From an uncultured Gammaproteobacteria bacterium (GTDB lineage Bacteria; Patescibacteriota; Microgenomatia; CAYGWK01), in contig CAYGWK010000006.1 in assembly GCA_964353785.1 (NCBI GenBank), positions 1 to 41,646 on the forward strand: a DNA stretch of 41,646 nucleotides. Reading direction: 5' to 3'. Below are positions 38,436 to 41,646 of the stretch, in pieces (positions within the stretch are counted from its first letter, which is position 1; the number at the start of each line of letters is the position of its first letter). Both the position numbers and the translations under genes were made by a program. Below the pieces are notes generated by a model. It was not told the origin of the DNA. It ran no database searches and worked only from the letters and a program-made list of their open reading frames with translations.

Positions 38436-39773
38436 ATGAGACTTTTTGGTACATCCGGAATCCGTGGTTCTCCAGAAACTCTTTTCACTAATCAATTTTG
38501 TTTTGATATTGGCCGAACTTTTGCCAAATTTTTAGATAATCATGGGCAATCTGGTCCGGTGGCCGTTGGCATGGACCCTCGTGGTTCAAGTCCAAGAATT
38601 CTTAAGGTTCTAGAGACAGGACTTATTTTTGCTGGTCGAGAAGTAGTTGACCAGGGAGCAGTTCCGGTTCCGGCCTTAAACTGGGTTCTTAAGGTTTCTC
38701 CTTATGCTGGGAGTCTGATGGTCTCCGGAAGTCATGTCTCAGCCAATTTAAATGGGATAAAGTTTTTTGCCTTCAAAGAGGAAATTTTAAAAGAAAATGA
38801 GAAAGAAATCACGGAAATTTACCAGGATTTAAAAGAGAAAACTTCTTATACAAAAAAAGGGTTTCACACTAAAGAAGAAAATCGAGCCAAAGAGTCTTAC
38901 CAAGAAATGCTAAACGGGCTTGCCGATTCTCCTTATCCTTCCTGGAAGCTGGTTATTATTGATCCTGGTAACGGAGCTCAATCCGACACCATACCCCAGG
39001 TTTTATCAGGATTAGGACTTCCTATCAAAGAAATAAATGCTTCAATTCAAGGAGAATTTATTGCTCGAGACACCGAGACAGAAGGCGTGTTGGCAGACCT
39101 TCAGAAACTGGTCATAAAAGAAAAAGCAGATTTGGGAATTGCCTATGATTATGATGGCGATCGGGTGGTTTTTGTTGACGAAAAAGGAAATTTTATTCCT
39201 GGAGACTATTCTGGAGCCTTAATTGCTAAAGAAAGCCCTGGTGAGGCAATAGTGACCCCAATTAATACTTCCCAGGTGGTTGAATATATTGGGAAAAAAG
39301 TTTTGAGGACCAAAGTGGGTTCTCCTTACGTAGTTGAGGCAATGAAAAAAAATAAAGCCCCGTTTGGCTTTGAGGCTAATGGTGGAGGAATTTCCTCGGA
39401 AATCATGATGAGTCGGGATGGAGGGTCAATGACCATAAAAATTTTAAATCTAATGAAAAAAACTGGCAAAAGCCTGGGACAATTAGTTTCCGAACTGCCA
39501 AAATTTTATATTTACCGGACCAAAATTGATTGTCCTTGGGAGGAAGATGAGAAGGTTTTAGAGAAGGCGAAGAGGGTGTATAAGGGTATAAAAACAGAAG
39601 AAATTGATGGTTTAAAAATTTGGCTTGATAACTCAACTTGGATTTTATTTCGGGCTTCGCAAAATGCCCCAGAATTTCGGGTCTTTGCTGAGGCAAAAGA
39701 TGAAAAAGAGGCTAGAAAATTAGTCGAAGATGGGATAGAATTAGTAAAGGAGGTGATCGCGAGTGGCACCTGA
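38436..39773 (+). CDS. phosphoglucosamine/phosphomannomutase family (alpha-D-phosphohexomutase)
   Basis: LFGTSGIRG N-terminus, active-site loop SGSHVSANLNGIKF, metal loop AYDYDGDR, GFEANGG. Confidence 0.8.
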   Translation: MRLFGTSGIRGSPETLFTNQFCFDIGRTFAKFLDNHGQSGPVAVGMDPRGSSPRILKVLETGLIFAGREVVDQGAVPVPALNWVLKVSPYAGSLMVSGSHVSANLNGIKFFAFKEEILKENEKEITEIYQDLKEKTSYTKKGFHTKEENRAKESYQEMLNGLADSPYPSWKLVIIDPGNGAQSDTIPQVLSGLGLPIKEINASIQGEFIARDTETEGVLADLQKLVIKEKADLGIAYDYDGDRVVFVDEKGNFIPGDYSGALIAKESPGEAIVTPINTSQVVEYIGKKVLRTKVGSPYVVEAMKKNKAPFGFEANGGGISSEIMMSRDGGSMTIKILNLMKKTGKSLGQLVSELPKFYIYRTKIDCPWEEDEKVLEKAKRVYKGIKTEEIDGLKIWLDNSTWILFRASQNAPEFRVFAEAKDEKEARKLVEDGIELVKEVIASGT

Positions 39774-40200
39774 TAAACCTAAATTTAGTACTACTCCATT
39801 TTTTCAAAGAATTGAGAAACCCTGGGGTTTTGAAATTTTGTTTACTCAACCAAACCTTCCTTTTATAGGAAAAATATCTTTTACCAAAACTGGATGCCGC
39901 TGGAGTTTTCAATATCACGACAAGAAAGAAGAAAATCTTTGTTTGATAATCGGAGAAGCGGAACTCTGGACAGAAGATAAAAAAGGAAAGATTGAAAAAA
40001 TCAGAATGGAGTCATTAAGGGGCTATCATTTTGAACCTAATCAAAAACATAGATTTTGTGCTATTACTGATTGTTGGACCGTAGAGTCTTCAACTCCAGA
40101 GGTTGGCAATACGGTGAGATTAGAAGACGATTATAAAAGAAACACGGAAACAGAAGAAGTAAGAAAACAGCCAAACCGAGGCTGGTCAATCAAAAAATAA
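39763..40200 (+). CDS. cupin-domain protein (type II mannose-6-phosphate isomerase-like)
   Basis: EKPWGFE...SFQYHDKKEE...FEPNQKHR cupin motifs. GTG start overlaps the upstream gene by 11 nt. Confidence 0.6.
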   Translation: MAPDKPKFSTTPFFQRIEKPWGFEILFTQPNLPFIGKISFTKTGCRWSFQYHDKKEENLCLIIGEAELWTEDKKGKIEKIRMESLRGYHFEPNQKHRFCAITDCWTVESSTPEVGNTVRLEDDYKRNTETEEVRKQPNRGWSIKK

Positions 40201-40231
40201 TCATATATCAATATATGAGTATCGACTGCCT

Positions 40232-41646
40232 GTGAAACAAACAGAAAAATTTATTAAATGGTTTTCGGAAATTGATAAAAATGATATTCCAGAGGTTGGT
40301 GGAAAAGGGGCAAATTTAGGCGAAATGGTTTCTTTTGGTATTCCTGTTCCTCCAGGACTTTGTGTTACTTCAGCTGCCTATTTTTATTTCTTGGAGAAAA
40401 ATAACTTAAAACTCCAAATTCAAAAAATTCTTCTTAAAACCGATAAAAATGATCCATATTCCTATACAATTGCTTCGGATAAAATCAAAAAATTGATTCT
40501 TAAAGGCACTATTCCTAAAGACTTAGCTTTTGAGATAATGACTAGTTATTTAAAACTTGGCGGTGGCTTAAAAGAGATTTTAGTCGCCGTTCGTTCTTCG
40601 GCGACGGCTGAAGACTTGCCAACGGCTTCATTTGCTGGACAGCAAGCCAGTTTTTTGAATATCTCTGGGGAGGCCAATGTCGTCAATAAGGTTCGAGAAT
40701 GTTGGGCTTCTCTTTTTGAACCAAGAGCCATTTTTTATCGGGAAGAAAAAGGATTTGACCATTTCAAAGTTGGCATTGCTGTTCCCATTCAAAAAATGAT
40801 TCAATCAGAAACTTCAGGGGTAATGTTTACCGTAGATCCGGTGACAAACCAAAAAAATCGAATTTTGATTGAAGCCATTTATGGACTGGGAGAGTTAATT
40901 GTTCAAGGAAAAGTCTCCCCTGACCGCTATTTAGTAGATAAAAATTCTTTGAAGATTTTAGAAAAAAATGTTTTCTTGCAGCCACTTCAATTAATTAAAG
41001 TAGGTAATTTAAACAAACAAACCCCAGTTCCTAAAAAATTAAGAGATAAACAAAAACTGACAAACAAACAAATTATAGAACTTGCTCGTCTCGGCAAAAA
41101 AATTCACCAACACTATTTCTTTCCCCAAGATATTGAATGGGCGGTTGAAAGAGGAAAAATTTTTATTGTCCAAACGAGACCAGTGACGACGGTGAAGGAA
41201 GAACGGGAGAGTGAAAGAGTAAAAGAGCAGGAAGAAGGAAGAGCTGTTGCCAAAATAAGAGCGGCGATTCTAGTCGGAATTCCGGCTTCGCCAGGGATTG
41301 CCACTGGTCCAGTGAAAATGATTCATTCAGCCTCGGAAATTGGCAAAGTTAAAAAAGGAGATGTTTTGGTGACGGGAATGACTACTCCTGATTTTGTTCC
41401 GGCGATGAAAAAAGTAGCGGCGATTGTGACTGATAGGGGCGGGCAAACTTCTCACGCGGCCATTGTTTCTCGAGAGTTAGGAATTCCCTGTGTCGTCGGC
41501 ACCGAAAAAGCAACCAAAGACTTAAAGAACGGACAATTTATAACCGTAAATGGGGCAAGGGGGGAAGTATATAAGGGGGCAGTGAGTGGTGGGAAGTGGA
41601 TAGTGGGCGAGACTCACATTCCATCCCCACAACTTAAAACTGCGAC
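40232..41646 (+). CDS. ppsA: phosphoenolpyruvate synthase / pyruvate,water dikinase, 3'-truncated by the window end
   Basis: Not in the ORF track because it runs off the window. Translating from GTG 40232 gives KQTEKFIKWFSEIDKNDIPEVGGKGANLGEM, and later the phosphohistidine loop GGQTSHAAIVSRELGIPCVVG. Confidence 0.85.
   Translation, partial: MKQTEKFIKWFSEIDKNDIPEVGGKGANLGEMVSFGIPVPPGLCVTSAAYFYFLEKNNLKLQIQKILLKTDKNDPYSYTIASDKIKKLILKGTIPKDLAFEIMTSYLKLGGGLKEILVAVRSSATAEDLPTASFAGQQASFLNISGEANVVNKVRECWASLFEPRAIFYREEKGFDHFKVGIAVPIQKMIQSETSGVMFTVDPVTNQKNRILIEAIYGLGELIVQGKVSPDRYLVDKNSLKILEKNVFLQPLQLIKVGNLNKQTPVPKKLRDKQKLTNKQIIELARLGKKIHQHYFFPQDIEWAVERGKIFIVQTRPVTTVKEERESERVKEQEEGRAVAKIRAAILVGIPASPGIATGPVKMIHSASEIGKVKKGDVLVTGMTTPDFVPAMKKVAAIVTDRGGQTSHAAIVSRELGIPCVVGTEKATKDLKNGQFITVNGARGEVYKGAVSGGKWIVGETHIPSPQLKTA

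Noticed and set aside
40411-40430. Possible degenerate heptamer units TCCAAAT TCAAAAA in ppsA
   Set aside because: There are only about two imperfect units. This is indistinguishable from ordinary A-rich coding sequence, so it was not counted as a member of the tract family.

Overview
Low-GC (by eye about 35-40% GC), densely packed, mostly plus-strand bacterial window. The gene content suggests a reduced Candidate Phyla Radiation / Patescibacteria-type genome. This is inference only; no search was possible. Content: FtsW/RodA, rplU-rpmA, parB, lepB, a tRNA-Val-led pnuC-nadR nicotinamide-riboside salvage pair, and a secreted LamG-lipase fusion. There is a 7.5-kb ATGA-coupled surface-glycan cluster (methyltransferase, 2x GT4, 2x GT2, GT-C, O-antigen-ligase-like). 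A minus-strand tRNA-punctuated block follows (tRNA-Asp, LysM protein, tRNA-Gly, tRNA-Thr, Ig-like membrane protein, orphan 353-aa protein). The rest is polX, lemA-htpX, gatC-gatA-MFS-gatB, a GGDEF cyclase, dnaE, pyrG, a PRTase, rplS, yraN, ruvC, holA-like, a PGM/PMM-family mutase, a cupin and a partial ppsA. No CRISPR array, transposase, integrase or recognisable defence genes were seen. Most notable observations: (1) six tandem heptamer tracts (consensus AATNNCA, about 4.4-4.9 units, 31-34 nt each), all on the plus strand, five of them in frame inside genes including gatB (twice) and gatC. (2) A 1.8-kb high-GC island with an orphan BMP/PnrA-type lipoprotein between the PRTase gene and rplS. 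(3) A roughly 350-nt GC-rich, ORF-free, hairpin-dense block (5641-5990) of unassigned class, and a smaller one at 37331-37449. (4) tRNA genes abutting CDS ends with 0-11 nt spacers. (5) TTGACA-17-TAnnnT promoters only 5-13 nt from start codons. None of these is proven; all need computation or experiment.
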